A stretch of 64,000 bases of DNA. Source: an uncultured Dehalococcoidia bacterium. GTDB taxonomy: Bacteria > Chloroflexota > Dehalococcoidia > DSTF01 > RBG-16-68-14. The notes below the pieces were generated by a model. That model worked only from the letters and a program-made list of their open reading frames with translations. It made no database searches and was not told the DNA's origin. The stretch lies in assembly GCA_964406605.1 (NCBI GenBank), contig CAYOSF010000004.1:36322-100321 (forward strand). The letters run 5' to 3'. Position 1 is the first letter of the stretch. Each line of letters opens with the position of its first letter. Below, piece by piece: positions 17,658-27,137 of this stretch. A program made the position numbers and the translations under genes.

Positions 17658-20252
17658 CTAGCCGGTTGACAGAGCGATGTCGATGTGCAGGCTGTCGCCC
17701 GCGCCCAGCGCGACGGGCCGCGTGAACTCGACCGACAGCCCCTCATCATCGACGGTCAGCCGTCCCTCGACATCGCTGCCGGCCACCGAAAGCTGATCGA
17801 CGCGCGCCGCGCCGCCGTCCACCAGTCGCGGGACGCCGAGACGCTCGAGTAACAAGCTGCCGTACAGCAGATCGAGCGCGTGGGTCTGCTTCGACCCGTC
17901 GCGGCGCTGGGCGTAGCGGCCCCAGGATTCGCCCGCGGTAAAGAAGCAACGGAAGTCGTCGGTCGAGAGGCGCGGCGCGAAGGCGAGCGAGCGCTCCGGC
18001 GCGCTGTACCGGTACCCGCTCAGCGCGAGCAGCAGCGACCACGACGACATGGCGCGGGCGTAATGGCTCCCGCATTCGACCTCGTTCCAGGGGTTGCGGC
18101 GCTCGCCGTCGTAGCGCTCTCGGGCCGAGCGCACGATTGTCAGTCCCTCGTCCAGCAGTCCCTCCCAGATGAGGTGCGCCGCGACGTGGTACTCGATGCC
18201 CGTCCACACCTCGTGCGCGTAGGGGAAGGGATAGCGGGGGCGGCCGCCCTGGGGCCAGGAGCAGAGAACGAGCCCCGCCTCGTCGTTGAGGGCATAGACA
18301 CGCTGGGGATTGGGGTGGTCGGATAGATCGGCGCGGTAGTTGTACCGGTAGATCGACGCGAGCGCCTGCCGCACGCGCTCCCGCGGCAGCAGGTGACCGA
18401 GCCCGATGGTGGAGGCAAGCCACTGGCCGAGAAGCTGGTCGGACAGGCAGCCGACGCCGAACTGGTAGCGGTGCTCGTCGATGTCTTCGAGGCGCTGCAC
18501 GTAGAACTCGCCGTTCCAGAGCAGCTCCTCGGTCCGCTGCCGGCCCTGCTCGTACACGCGACGGTACTCCTCGGCCGACTGCTCCTCGCCCAGGGCGCGG
18601 GCCATCTCCTCGGCGGCGCGCAGGGCGCCGAGGTAGAGGACGTTGGTCATCGGGTTCGAGCCGTAGAACTCGATGTCGTAGGTGTTGTGCTGTTCGCCGT
18701 CCATCATGCCGTCGCGGTCGGCGTCCCAGGACTGCCAGGCGAACTCAAGGGCGCGCTTGGCGTGGGGCCACAGCTCGCGCAGGAACGACTCGTCGCCGCC
18801 CATCTGCCATTCGCGGTAGAGCCGGAGGACGGTGCCCATCTGGCCGTCGGCCGCGGGCGCGTGGGCCCACAGCTCGCCGACCAGCGGGATGAGCGAACGG
18901 AAGGCCATGTCGCCGTCGGACCGGGTGTTCGATGCGAAGTCGGTCCGGCGCGCGCCGCGTTCGAGCTGGGGGAAGAGGAAGGCGGGCGCCTGGGCGTAGT
19001 TCCAGACGTGGGTGCAGTCCATGGGGCAGCAGCCGGACGTGTCGGCGCAGCCCTCGAAGGCGTGGAAGCGGCCGTCCTCAGTGCGGAGGCAGGTGGTGGT
19101 GCGGATGGTCGACATTTGGCTGGAGACGGCGTCCAGCACATAGTCGGGGAGCGTGCTCCCGAAGAACGCGTCGTGGAAGAGGCGGGTCTGCGACTCCAGG
19201 CGATCCATGTGCTCAACGGTGTAGCGGGCCGCGTCCCAAGCGTCGGCGAAGCGGGTCGCGTACTCGTTGCCCAGGCGCTTGCCCCGCACCGCCTCCTCGA
19301 CGTTCCAGTAGTTCATCAGGTTCGGGAAGTGCCAGGCGAGGATGAACGGGAGCCGCGCCGACTCCCCGGGGGCGAGCGAGGCGACCAGCCCGAGGCTGCC
19401 GATGTCGGTCTCGTTATCCGGCGTGGGGCTCTCGTCCGAGGGAGCGATTCGGCCGTTCTGAGAGAAGGCGTCCCAGAAGCCCTGGACGTCGTCGAACCAG
19501 CCGGCGCGCTCCCAGTGGGCGCAGGCGGTAATCTCCGGCCAAGGCGTCGCGACGGCCATCGTGCCGAAGGCGGGGTCCTCGGGAGCGTACTTGGCGCTGG
19601 ACATGCGCAGGCCCCGGAGCGAGCCTTCATCGACCACCTGATTCAGATTCCGGCCGTACAGGTGGCTGTGCCGGCCTCGTAATGAGGCCAGGCCGTCGTA
19701 GCCGACGGCGTTCATCATGCTGAAGGCGACCGTCGCACGCACGGGCCGGTCACCATCGTTCGTGAGCGTCCAGAAGAAGACGGCGACCGGCAGGCCGGAG
19801 TCCTCGGGGTCGGCCGGGATGCACGGGTTGAACGCCTCCAGGGCGAAGCGGAGCGGGAGGGCCGGGTCCTCGAAGTCGATGCGGGCGAAGGGGTAGCTGC
19901 CGGTGAATCGGGCGGAGGCGAGCCGGGGGAGGCCGGCGGCGAGGTTGGCGGGCGCGCCGAACCCGCCTCCGTAAGGCGGCTGGAGTCGCGACTCCAGGAC
20001 GCGGGCGACGGGCTCGCCGCCCTCGGGCGCGGCCCAGATGCTGAAGAAGGTATAGGGCAGGTGCTTGCCCTTGCCGGGTCGATTGAAGACCTCCCAGTCG
20101 CGGAGCTGGCCGCGCCCGCCGAGCGACACGGTACCGGTGCCGATGCCGCCCAGCGGGAAGGCGATCTCCTGGAGCGCCGCGCCCTCGAACGTGCGCCCGA
20201 CGGGCGGTTCCGGCGACGGGTCGGCAGGTGGTGAGCTACTCGATGTGGACAT
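17658..20252 (-). CDS. Glycoside hydrolase family 116 (GBA2-type beta-glucosidase/glucosylceramidase-like)
   Basis: Full-length GH116-like sequence (…FPLGGIGTG…, catalytic-domain blocks). Start set at MSTSSSSPPAD (ATG 20252). Confidence 0.8.
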   Translation of the reverse strand: MSTSSSSPPADPSPEPPVGRTFEGAALQEIAFPLGGIGTGTVSLGGRGQLRDWEVFNRPGKGKHLPYTFFSIWAAPEGGEPVARVLESRLQPPYGGGFGAPANLAAGLPRLASARFTGSYPFARIDFEDPALPLRFALEAFNPCIPADPEDSGLPVAVFFWTLTNDGDRPVRATVAFSMMNAVGYDGLASLRGRHSHLYGRNLNQVVDEGSLRGLRMSSAKYAPEDPAFGTMAVATPWPEITACAHWERAGWFDDVQGFWDAFSQNGRIAPSDESPTPDNETDIGSLGLVASLAPGESARLPFILAWHFPNLMNYWNVEEAVRGKRLGNEYATRFADAWDAARYTVEHMDRLESQTRLFHDAFFGSTLPDYVLDAVSSQMSTIRTTTCLRTEDGRFHAFEGCADTSGCCPMDCTHVWNYAQAPAFLFPQLERGARRTDFASNTRSDGDMAFRSLIPLVGELWAHAPAADGQMGTVLRLYREWQMGGDESFLRELWPHAKRALEFAWQSWDADRDGMMDGEQHNTYDIEFYGSNPMTNVLYLGALRAAEEMARALGEEQSAEEYRRVYEQGRQRTEELLWNGEFYVQRLEDIDEHRYQFGVGCLSDQLLGQWLASTIGLGHLLPRERVRQALASIYRYNYRADLSDHPNPQRVYALNDEAGLVLCSWPQGGRPRYPFPYAHEVWTGIEYHVAAHLIWEGLLDEGLTIVRSARERYDGERRNPWNEVECGSHYARAMSSWSLLLALSGYRYSAPERSLAFAPRLSTDDFRCFFTAGESWGRYAQRRDGSKQTHALDLLYGSLLLERLGVPRLVDGGAARVDQLSVAGSDVEGRLTVDDEGLSVEFTRPVALGAGDSLHIDIALSTG

Positions 20253-20284
20253 GAGCGGTCTCCTCGGTGGGCGGGCAGTATGTG

Positions 20285-20545
20285 TCGTTGAGAGGATAGC
20301 GGCGAGAGGGTCGGGGGTCGAGGGCCGGGGGTCGCGAGAGCGCGGGCGAGGCAGTTGCCTGTTGATTGCATTTGGAAATGGGACGGATTCCAGATACGAG
20401 AAGCGCGCATGTGGTTTGATTGACCGTCGTCGGGATGGGACCGAGGGCCGGAGATGGAGGGTCGGGGGCCAAGGGTCGCCGGAGCGGACCCTCACCCCGA
20501 CCTGACGGTCGACCCTCTCCCGCACGCGGGCGAGGGCAGGGAACG
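20285..20545. repeat. Family-1 repeat modules: (GGGTCGR)n tracts plus CTCACCCCGACCTGACGGTCGACCCTCTCCCGCACGCGGGCGAGGG unit
   Basis: Direct sequence identity to modules in the 9181-9800 cluster. Confidence 0.8.
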
Positions 20546-20557
20546 GTAGGGAATTCG

Positions 20558-20725
20558 TTTTGCAGAATCATGTTCTTCCCCTGCACGCGTATTCGCGTTT
20601 GGTATCTGGAATCGGTTTCCGGGCGCACGGCCGTGCGCCCCTACGCGACCGGACCCGCACAAGACGGGTTGTACGAGCCTAGGATACGGCGCGGTCGGGA
20701 GAGCGCGAAGGGGCGGGTGGCACCG
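20558..20725. repeat. Family-3 element, copy 2
   Basis: See copy 1 (10338-10530). Contains palindrome GGCGCACGGCCGTGCGCC. Confidence 0.75.
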
Positions 20726-20852
20726 GGGGGAGGGCGGATACTGCGGCTGGCGAACGCAGAACGGACGCTACTGCGGCGGGACGGGCCTCGCCAGCAGAGC
20801 GAGTATGCGGGACAAGGGCGGCCTATAGCGAGGGGGCGGCGATCGGCTTAGA

Positions 20853-22208
20853 ATGGTAGTGGTCATGAGGCAAGTGGAGAGCGTGGCTGTGGGCGCGAAG
20901 GCGTGCAACTTGGCGGAGCTAGAGCCCTATGTCCGAGCGCTGGAGACTCTGGCGACGCAAGCCCGCCCTGTGGGTGTAAGCACGGGCAGCGCTGATTGGA
21001 TGTCGAAGGTGCTTGATGGGCAGCCCAGCGGGGAGCTGAAGAGAGTTGTTCCGCTGGAGAAAAGAAGGGAAATGGGCGCGTTCTTCACCGGGAAGGCGCT
21101 GGCAGGCGAAACGGTAGCGCCATGGCGGCAGAAGCTCACGCGGCAGGCGAGGATAGTTGACCCGGCGTGCGGTGCGGGAGATCTTCTGCTTGCATGTGCG
21201 CGGTCATTACCAACGCATGAAACACTCAGAGAGACCTTGTGGCAATGGGGCCGCCAGGTATTCGGGTTCGACTTGCATCCGGAGTTCGTGCGGGTGACCA
21301 AAGCAAGGCTAGCCCTGCTGGCCGCCCAGCGTGTACGCCGAGACAGTAGAGTGGTGATCCCTCCGCTTGATCAGATGTTCCCGAATGTGCAGGTGGGGGA
21401 TGGCTTGGGCGATGTGTACGATGCGGTCCGCCCGACGCACATCGTCTTGAACCCTCCGTTCCAGAGAGCGGAGGCCCCGGACTGGTACACGTTGGGGAAT
21501 GGTCTGGTATCGCGCGCGGCGGTGTTCGTTCAGAGATGGCTGTTGGAGGCAGAGTCAAAAACGGAGTTCGCCGCAATCCTGCCTGACGTACTGAGGACGG
21601 GAGCCAACTACGCGAGCTGGAGAGCGTGGGTGGAAAGGCAGAGCGCGAGCCGCGAGGTGAAGGTGCATGGAGCCTTTGACTCCGAGGCGGATGTGGATGT
21701 GTTCATACTTCGGGTGGTATGCGGCTCGAGGAAGGAAGCCGATGAGACTGGCTGGTGGCGGGGAGGGCCGGCGGAGCAGGGATGCGTAGGCGAGCGGTTC
21801 AATGTGCACGTGGGATCCGTGGTGCCGCACAGAGACGCGAAAATGGGGCCTTGGCGTGCGTTTGTCACCACGCGGGTATTGCCACGCTGGGGTGTGGTGA
21901 GGGCTGATAAGAGCAAGAAACGCCGATATCGCGGCCGAACGTTCTCGCCGCCGTTCGTGGCGATACGCCGCACATCAGCACCCGGCGACAGGAAGCGGGC
22001 TGTGGGTACGATTGTCACAGGTGCGATTCCTGTGGCGGTAGAGAACCATCTTATCGTGGCCGAGCCGCGTGACGGCTCAGTTCAGAGCTGTCGTGGGTTG
22101 CTGGATGTGCTGCATTCAGACGAGAGCGATCGGTGGTTCGACGAGCGAATACGGTGTAGACATCTGACGGTGTCGGCGGTGGCCGAATTGCCGTGGCGGA
22201 GCTGGTAG
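20853..22208 (+). CDS. N6-adenine DNA methyltransferase (gamma-class amino-MTase)
   Basis: Motif I DPACGAGDLL (AdoMet binding), motif IV IVLNPPF ((N/D)PP(Y/F)). No TRD/REase fused. Alternative ATG 12 nt downstream. Confidence 0.8.
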   Translation: MVVVMRQVESVAVGAKACNLAELEPYVRALETLATQARPVGVSTGSADWMSKVLDGQPSGELKRVVPLEKRREMGAFFTGKALAGETVAPWRQKLTRQARIVDPACGAGDLLLACARSLPTHETLRETLWQWGRQVFGFDLHPEFVRVTKARLALLAAQRVRRDSRVVIPPLDQMFPNVQVGDGLGDVYDAVRPTHIVLNPPFQRAEAPDWYTLGNGLVSRAAVFVQRWLLEAESKTEFAAILPDVLRTGANYASWRAWVERQSASREVKVHGAFDSEADVDVFILRVVCGSRKEADETGWWRGGPAEQGCVGERFNVHVGSVVPHRDAKMGPWRAFVTTRVLPRWGVVRADKSKKRRYRGRTFSPPFVAIRRTSAPGDRKRAVGTIVTGAIPVAVENHLIVAEPRDGSVQSCRGLLDVLHSDESDRWFDERIRCRHLTVSAVAELPWRSW

Positions 22209-22209
22209 G

Positions 22210-24258
22210 ATGACGACCGACTACCTCAAGTTCTCTCCAGACATTCTGCGCCGGCTGGGCGAAGAGCTTGTGCCTCAGCCGGAACAGGGCATCGTAGAGC
22301 TGGTGCGAAACTCATACGATGCGGACGCCGTAAGCTGCACTGTGGAGATCAACGACGCGGGGGGGCCAGGAGGAGCGGTTTGCGTCACTGATGACGGCGT
22401 GGGCATGGATGTCGAGGCGATCAGCTCTGGGTGGCTGGTAGTGGGACGGTCGCCAAAAGTGGGGCGGCAGGTCACCGGGCGGGGGCGCTATCCTGTAGGG
22501 GACAAGGGGCTTGGGAGACTGGCCGCACTGCGCATGGGGCGGTTCGCCGACCTGGCGACTCGACCCAAGCGGGATCCGGGGAAGCAGTTCCGCCTGGTAA
22601 TCGACTGGGTGCGCGTAGACAGCGCGACTGTAGTGGAAGGCGTTCCATTCGAGATCAAGGAACAAGAGACCAGGGAGCCCCCTGGAACGACGATCGAGAT
22701 CAGGGACCTCCACGTTGCGCTGGGGCGGAGAGAGGTGAACCGGCTAGCGCGGTCACTGCTTCTACTGGCGGATCCCTTCGATGACTCGACTGGATTCCAC
22801 CCGCAACTTGTGGCACCAGCCTTCAGTGATCTGGAGAAGCGTGTGCGGGAGTCCTATTTCGCGGAAGCGGATCACAAGCTTGTGGCGAGCTTGGACGAGG
22901 CCGGTAGAGGTCAAGCGGAAGTAGTGGACTGGAAGAATGAAGTGCTGTGGAAGGCTGCACACGAGGATTTGAGCGACCGGCCGTACGAAGCGCCTGCTGC
23001 AACCTTCGAGTTGTCGGTCTTCCTTCTGGACTCCAAGACGTTCTCTTCGCGCTCGGTATCACTGCGGGAAGTCAGGCAATGGCTCCAGGTGGTGGGCGGT
23101 GTCCACCTGTACCATAGGGGACTTCGCGCACATCCGTATGGCGATCCCGGCCACGACTGGCTGGAGATGAATCTCCGAAGGGCAAGAAGCCCCGAAGAGC
23201 GCCCTTCTACGAACACGTCGATTGGCCGGGTCGTCGTCCCGGATCCTGGAGAGCACCTGATACAGAAGACGGATCGAACGGGCTTCATAGAGAACGAAGC
23301 TTTCGGGGAGCTCCGTGGCTTTTGCACAGACGCTCTGGATTGGATGGCGAAAGCGCGACTGCGTGCAAGAGAACGGGGCCGGCAGAAGGAGAGAGTGGGG
23401 GCGTCGCGGTCGGTGGTACGTGCGCGCGAGTCAGTCAAGCACGCCATGGACGAGGTGCCCGTACCGGTGCGGAGGTCGGTGGAAAAGGCGGTGGAGCGCC
23501 TGGATCGTGCGCGTGACAGAGAGTCAAGAGCGCTCAGGGAAGAGCTGCAGCTGTACAGAACGCTGGCTACTGTGGGGACGACGGCCGCAGTCTTCGCTCA
23601 CGAATCGGCGAAGCCAGTTTCTCAGATCGAGAGGACGGCCAGGATCATCGAGAATCGCGGGCGTAGGCTGTTGAAGGAGCGGTATGCAGAAGAGCTGGAG
23701 AAGCCCGTTGGCCTGGTCATTCGGTCATCTCAAGCTCTGCGGAGTTTTGCCGCGCTGCCGCTGAGTCTTCTCAAGCGGGAAAAGCGAAGGGTGGGTCGCG
23801 TGGACGTGCATGCGGTCATCGGGGATGTTCATGATCTCTTCGAACCGTTCCTGACGGACGCTCGCATACGGGTGGATCTTGAACTGACGCAGCAGATCCC
23901 TTCGATAAGGGGGAGTGCTGCAGCGCTTGAGGCCATAGTGGCGAATCTGCTTACTAACGCGGTAAACGCTTTCGCAGCTCAGTCTGGCAAGGTAGCGTCG
24001 CGCCGAGTGGTGATTCGTACAGAACTCTCGGGAGACAGACTGCTCCTGCGAGTCATGGACAATGGACCGGGAATCACGGACATAAGCGTAGACGACATCT
24101 GGCTGCCTGGCCAGAGCACCGTGCCTGGTGGCACAGGCCTGGGGCTTACGATTGTGCGCGACTCGGCGGTGGACCTTGGCGGGAGTGCGCACGCACTGGC
24201 GCATGGGGAGCTGGAGGGTGCCGAATTGGTAGTTGAGCTTCCGACTATCGGAGCGTAG
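22210..24258 (+). CDS. Cytoplasmic GHKL-ATPase (MORC/MutL-like Bergerat fold) fused to a histidine kinase core (HisKA-like + HATPase_c)
   Basis: N-terminal ELVRNSYDADA N-box, DDGVGMD and GDKGLG. C-terminal H-box-like VFAHESAKPVSQI, N-box LLTNAVNAF, DNGPGI, GGTGLGLTIV. No TM segments. Starts 2 bp after the MTase stop. Confidence 0.75.
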   Translation: MTTDYLKFSPDILRRLGEELVPQPEQGIVELVRNSYDADAVSCTVEINDAGGPGGAVCVTDDGVGMDVEAISSGWLVVGRSPKVGRQVTGRGRYPVGDKGLGRLAALRMGRFADLATRPKRDPGKQFRLVIDWVRVDSATVVEGVPFEIKEQETREPPGTTIEIRDLHVALGRREVNRLARSLLLLADPFDDSTGFHPQLVAPAFSDLEKRVRESYFAEADHKLVASLDEAGRGQAEVVDWKNEVLWKAAHEDLSDRPYEAPAATFELSVFLLDSKTFSSRSVSLREVRQWLQVVGGVHLYHRGLRAHPYGDPGHDWLEMNLRRARSPEERPSTNTSIGRVVVPDPGEHLIQKTDRTGFIENEAFGELRGFCTDALDWMAKARLRARERGRQKERVGASRSVVRARESVKHAMDEVPVPVRRSVEKAVERLDRARDRESRALREELQLYRTLATVGTTAAVFAHESAKPVSQIERTARIIENRGRRLLKERYAEELEKPVGLVIRSSQALRSFAALPLSLLKREKRRVGRVDVHAVIGDVHDLFEPFLTDARIRVDLELTQQIPSIRGSAAALEAIVANLLTNAVNAFAAQSGKVASRRVVIRTELSGDRLLLRVMDNGPGITDISVDDIWLPGQSTVPGGTGLGLTIVRDSAVDLGGSAHALAHGELEGAELVVELPTIGA

Positions 24259-24259
24259 A

Positions 24260-24976
24260 TTGACCTCCGTGCGTTCCGACTCGCAGATCGAAAAGGTGGC
24301 GGTGGTTGATGACGACCAAACCGAGGCACAGCTAATGAGCGAGATTGTGCAAGAGGCTGGCTTCTTGCCTGTGCCAGTTCTTGCGACCGAGCGAACGGAT
24401 CGGTTTGACAACCCCTCGGTGCTAGCAGCTGTGATTCAGGACAGAGCGGAGGCGGCCGTGTGTGATCATCGCCTGCGACCGCTGGGTTATGCATCTTTCG
24501 ACGGCGCACAACTGGTGGCCGAGCTTCTTGTGCGAAAGATACCGGCAGTGCTGGTCACTACGTACCTGGATATCGACGCAGATGTGTCGATTAGAAGGTG
24601 GCGCGACAAGATCCCAGTTCTACTAAGTAGGGATGAAGCCGATCCAGAGCATATCCGAGAGGGACTGGAAGCGTGTCTGTCGGAGATAGCCGGCGCAGTA
24701 CTAGCTGGCCGGCGGCCTCGCAGAGCCCTGATACGCGTGGTGGATGTCACACAGGAATCCAGCGAGACCGTTGTGGACGCTATCGTGCCGCAGTGGAACC
24801 CGAACAAGGGCGTTCGCTTTCCGGTCACGCTCCTGCCTCGTGAGCTGCACAGCGAGGTGGCCCCCGGAATCAGGCTACTGGCTGATGTGAATATTGGCGC
24901 ACGAAAGGCCGAAGAGCTGTTCTTCGGGAACTTCGATCTTGCGCCAGAGCCTGCTCGAGAGAATGACGTCCTGTGA
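24260..24976 (+). CDS. Response-regulator receiver (REC) domain protein with ~100-aa uncharacterised C-terminal extension
   Basis: KVAVVDDDQTEAQ…AAVCDHRL (phospho-Asp position)…VLVTTY…K. TTG start at 24260 directly after the kinase stop. The in-frame ATG at 24233 would overlap the kinase by 26 bp. Confidence 0.65.
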   Translation: MTSVRSDSQIEKVAVVDDDQTEAQLMSEIVQEAGFLPVPVLATERTDRFDNPSVLAAVIQDRAEAAVCDHRLRPLGYASFDGAQLVAELLVRKIPAVLVTTYLDIDADVSIRRWRDKIPVLLSRDEADPEHIREGLEACLSEIAGAVLAGRRPRRALIRVVDVTQESSETVVDAIVPQWNPNKGVRFPVTLLPRELHSEVAPGIRLLADVNIGARKAEELFFGNFDLAPEPARENDVL

Positions 24977-25943
24977 GCTAGCAATCCTTGATGTGGGACA
25001 CGGCAACTGTGTCGTGCTCAGTGACGACCTTGGCACAGTGGTGTTCGACGCTGCGAGCGGAGAGACCTTGCTCGAGTTCCTCGAACAGGAGGAGATTACT
25101 GACATAGATGCGGTGCTGATCTCGCATGCGGACGCCGACCACATCGCGGGCGTGCTGACACTCCTGCTGGAGCCCAGCGTTCTCGTTCGCAAGATCTACC
25201 TCAACCCAGACGCTGCGAGGACAACACAGATATGGTGGGACTTCCGGTGCGCGCTACGTGTCGCCAGAAGGAGCTTCGGCACACAGGTGAAGACGCAGCT
25301 GACAATGGAGTCGTCGGCGGAGTTCGCCAGGGGTGAGGTGCAGATTGATGTGCTAGCACCGCAACCTGAGATTGCGGCAAGCGGCGCGGGCGGCCGGGAC
25401 TTGAGGGGACGTCTCCTCACGTCCCACTCGGTGTCCGCCGTCGCCCGGATCATGACAGACGATGTCGGCCAGGCAATTCTGTGTGGTGACCTGGACGACG
25501 TGGGCCTTGACAACTTTCTAGAGGCGGGTTCGTCGCCGAGCGCGAAGGTGCTGCTCTTCCCACATCACGGCGGGACGCCAGGTGGAAGCAATGCCTTCGA
25601 CTTCGCGAAACGACTGGTTCAGGCTGTTCAACCGAATGCGGTGGTGTTCTCAAACGGGCGGGCGAGACACGGAACTCCGCGTCCCGAGATCATTGAGGGC
25701 GTACGCGCGGCCGCGCCGCAGGCGCACATCGCGTGCACCCAGCTGTCCGAGAGATGCGCAGCAAATACTCCTTCTGAGCCTCCTGGGCATCTGGCCGCGC
25801 TCCCCGCACAAGGTCGCGCGGTCAACGCGTGCTGCGCAGGGAGTCTGCACGTGAGCCTGCGCGAAGGCAGCATAGCTGCACCGAAGCCGAGCGAGCATCT
25901 GGGTTTCATTAGGCGAGAGGCTCCGACGCGGCTTTGCGAGTGA
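24963..25943 (+). CDS. MBL-fold hydrolase of the ComEC-C-terminal type (candidate nuclease effector)
   Basis: LAILDVGHGNCVVL…DAVLISHADADHIAG…LLFPHHG. Overlaps the REC gene end by 14 bp. Confidence 0.7.
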   Translation: MTSCELAILDVGHGNCVVLSDDLGTVVFDAASGETLLEFLEQEEITDIDAVLISHADADHIAGVLTLLLEPSVLVRKIYLNPDAARTTQIWWDFRCALRVARRSFGTQVKTQLTMESSAEFARGEVQIDVLAPQPEIAASGAGGRDLRGRLLTSHSVSAVARIMTDDVGQAILCGDLDDVGLDNFLEAGSSPSAKVLLFPHHGGTPGGSNAFDFAKRLVQAVQPNAVVFSNGRARHGTPRPEIIEGVRAAAPQAHIACTQLSERCAANTPSEPPGHLAALPAQGRAVNACCAGSLHVSLREGSIAAPKPSEHLGFIRREAPTRLCE

Positions 25944-26106
25944 CGCTGGGCAAGGGATTGTAGTCTGTCGCAGAGAGGCCGGTTGGCGGGCGGCGAGCTG
26001 GTGCCGATGGAGGCGGAACTGGCGGGCCGTGAGGGGCGCCAGTACGAGCCGGCGTCGGTGCTGCTGGAGCGCGTCAAGGCAAAGCGGGTGGCGCGGTAGA
26101 CCAGAC

Positions 26107-26761
26107 GTGAGGCGCGATTCCGAGCGGCGGCATCGCCAGTCCATTCGGCTGAAAGGGTACGACGACGCGCAGGCCGGCGCGTATTTCGTGACGGTCTGCA
26201 CGTACGGTCGGGAATGCCTGTTCGGGGAGGTGGCCGGCGGTGAGGTACGGTTGAACGAATGTGGCGAACTGGTTGAGGCGTGCTGGAATGACATTGCCGG
26301 CCATTTCGCCTGCGTCCAATTGGACGCGTTCGTGATCATGCCCAATCACGTTCACGCTATCCTTCACATCACGGAATGCCAGAGCGCCGCAACCGTAGGG
26401 GCACGGCATGCCGTGCCCCTACCGGGCAACGTGCCCCACCGAAACGTTGAACGGTTCGGCAAGCCGGTGGTGGGTTCGATTCCGACCATCGTGCGGTCCG
26501 TGAAATCCGCCACCACCAAACGTATCAACGAACGGCGCGACACGCCCGGGCGCGCGCGTGTGGCAACGCAACTACTACGAACACATCATCCGCGACGAGG
26601 AAACCACCATGGGCGCGGAAACCGCGCCCCTACCGGGGGTGGAACGACCGGCGCTGGACCGTATCCGACGGTACATCGTCGACAATCCGGCACGGTGGGC
26701 GTCCGATCCGGAGAACCCGCAGGCGGCGGTGCCGGAACGCGAGGAGGCATGGCGCACGTGA
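26107..26761 (+). pseudogene. REP-associated tyrosine transposase (RAYT / IS200-like TnpA_REP) with +1 frameshift
   Basis: Frame 1 reads HRQSIRLKGYDDAQAGAYFVTVCTYGRECLFGE…FVIMPNHVHAILH…SVKSATTKRINERRDTPG. Frame 2 continues VWQRNYYEHIIRDEE…IRRYIVDNPARW. The break lies in a GCGCGCG run near 26545-26555. Confidence 0.75.
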
Positions 26762-26892
26762 CCGCGTGGGTCACCCATGGGCGCAGAGACCGCCACTACG
26801 GGACCGGCGGCGGGGATGGTGCCCGATCCCCGGGCGGGTTAGAAACCCGCCCCTACGGCGGGTGCGGCCCGGAGGGCGAGGGGAGCGCCCGG

Positions 26893-27125
26893 TAGGCCTA
26901 TGGCGAGGGGCCAGATTCCTCGCTTGCGCTCGGAATGACGGAGAGGGGGAAGGCGGGAGAGCGAGGGGCCGGGGGTCGAGTGTCGGGGGTCGGGAAAGAA
27001 CGGGCGGTGTGAGATGGTGGGGGCGTGGACGCACACGGATAGAGACCGAGGGTGGAAAGCCTCGGCTACGGTGGCGAGAGGGGTCGAGAACCGGGAGTCG
27101 AGGGTCGAGGGTCGAGGGTGGCAGT
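26893..27125. repeat. Family-1 repeat modules immediately downstream of the RAYT remnant
   Basis: GGCGAGGGGCCAGATTCCTCGCTTGCGCTCGGAATGAC plus several GGGTCGAGGGTCG tracts, e.g. gggtcgagggtcgagggtcgagggtgg at ~27096. Confidence 0.8.
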
Positions 27126-27137
27126 GTGCGGGACCAG

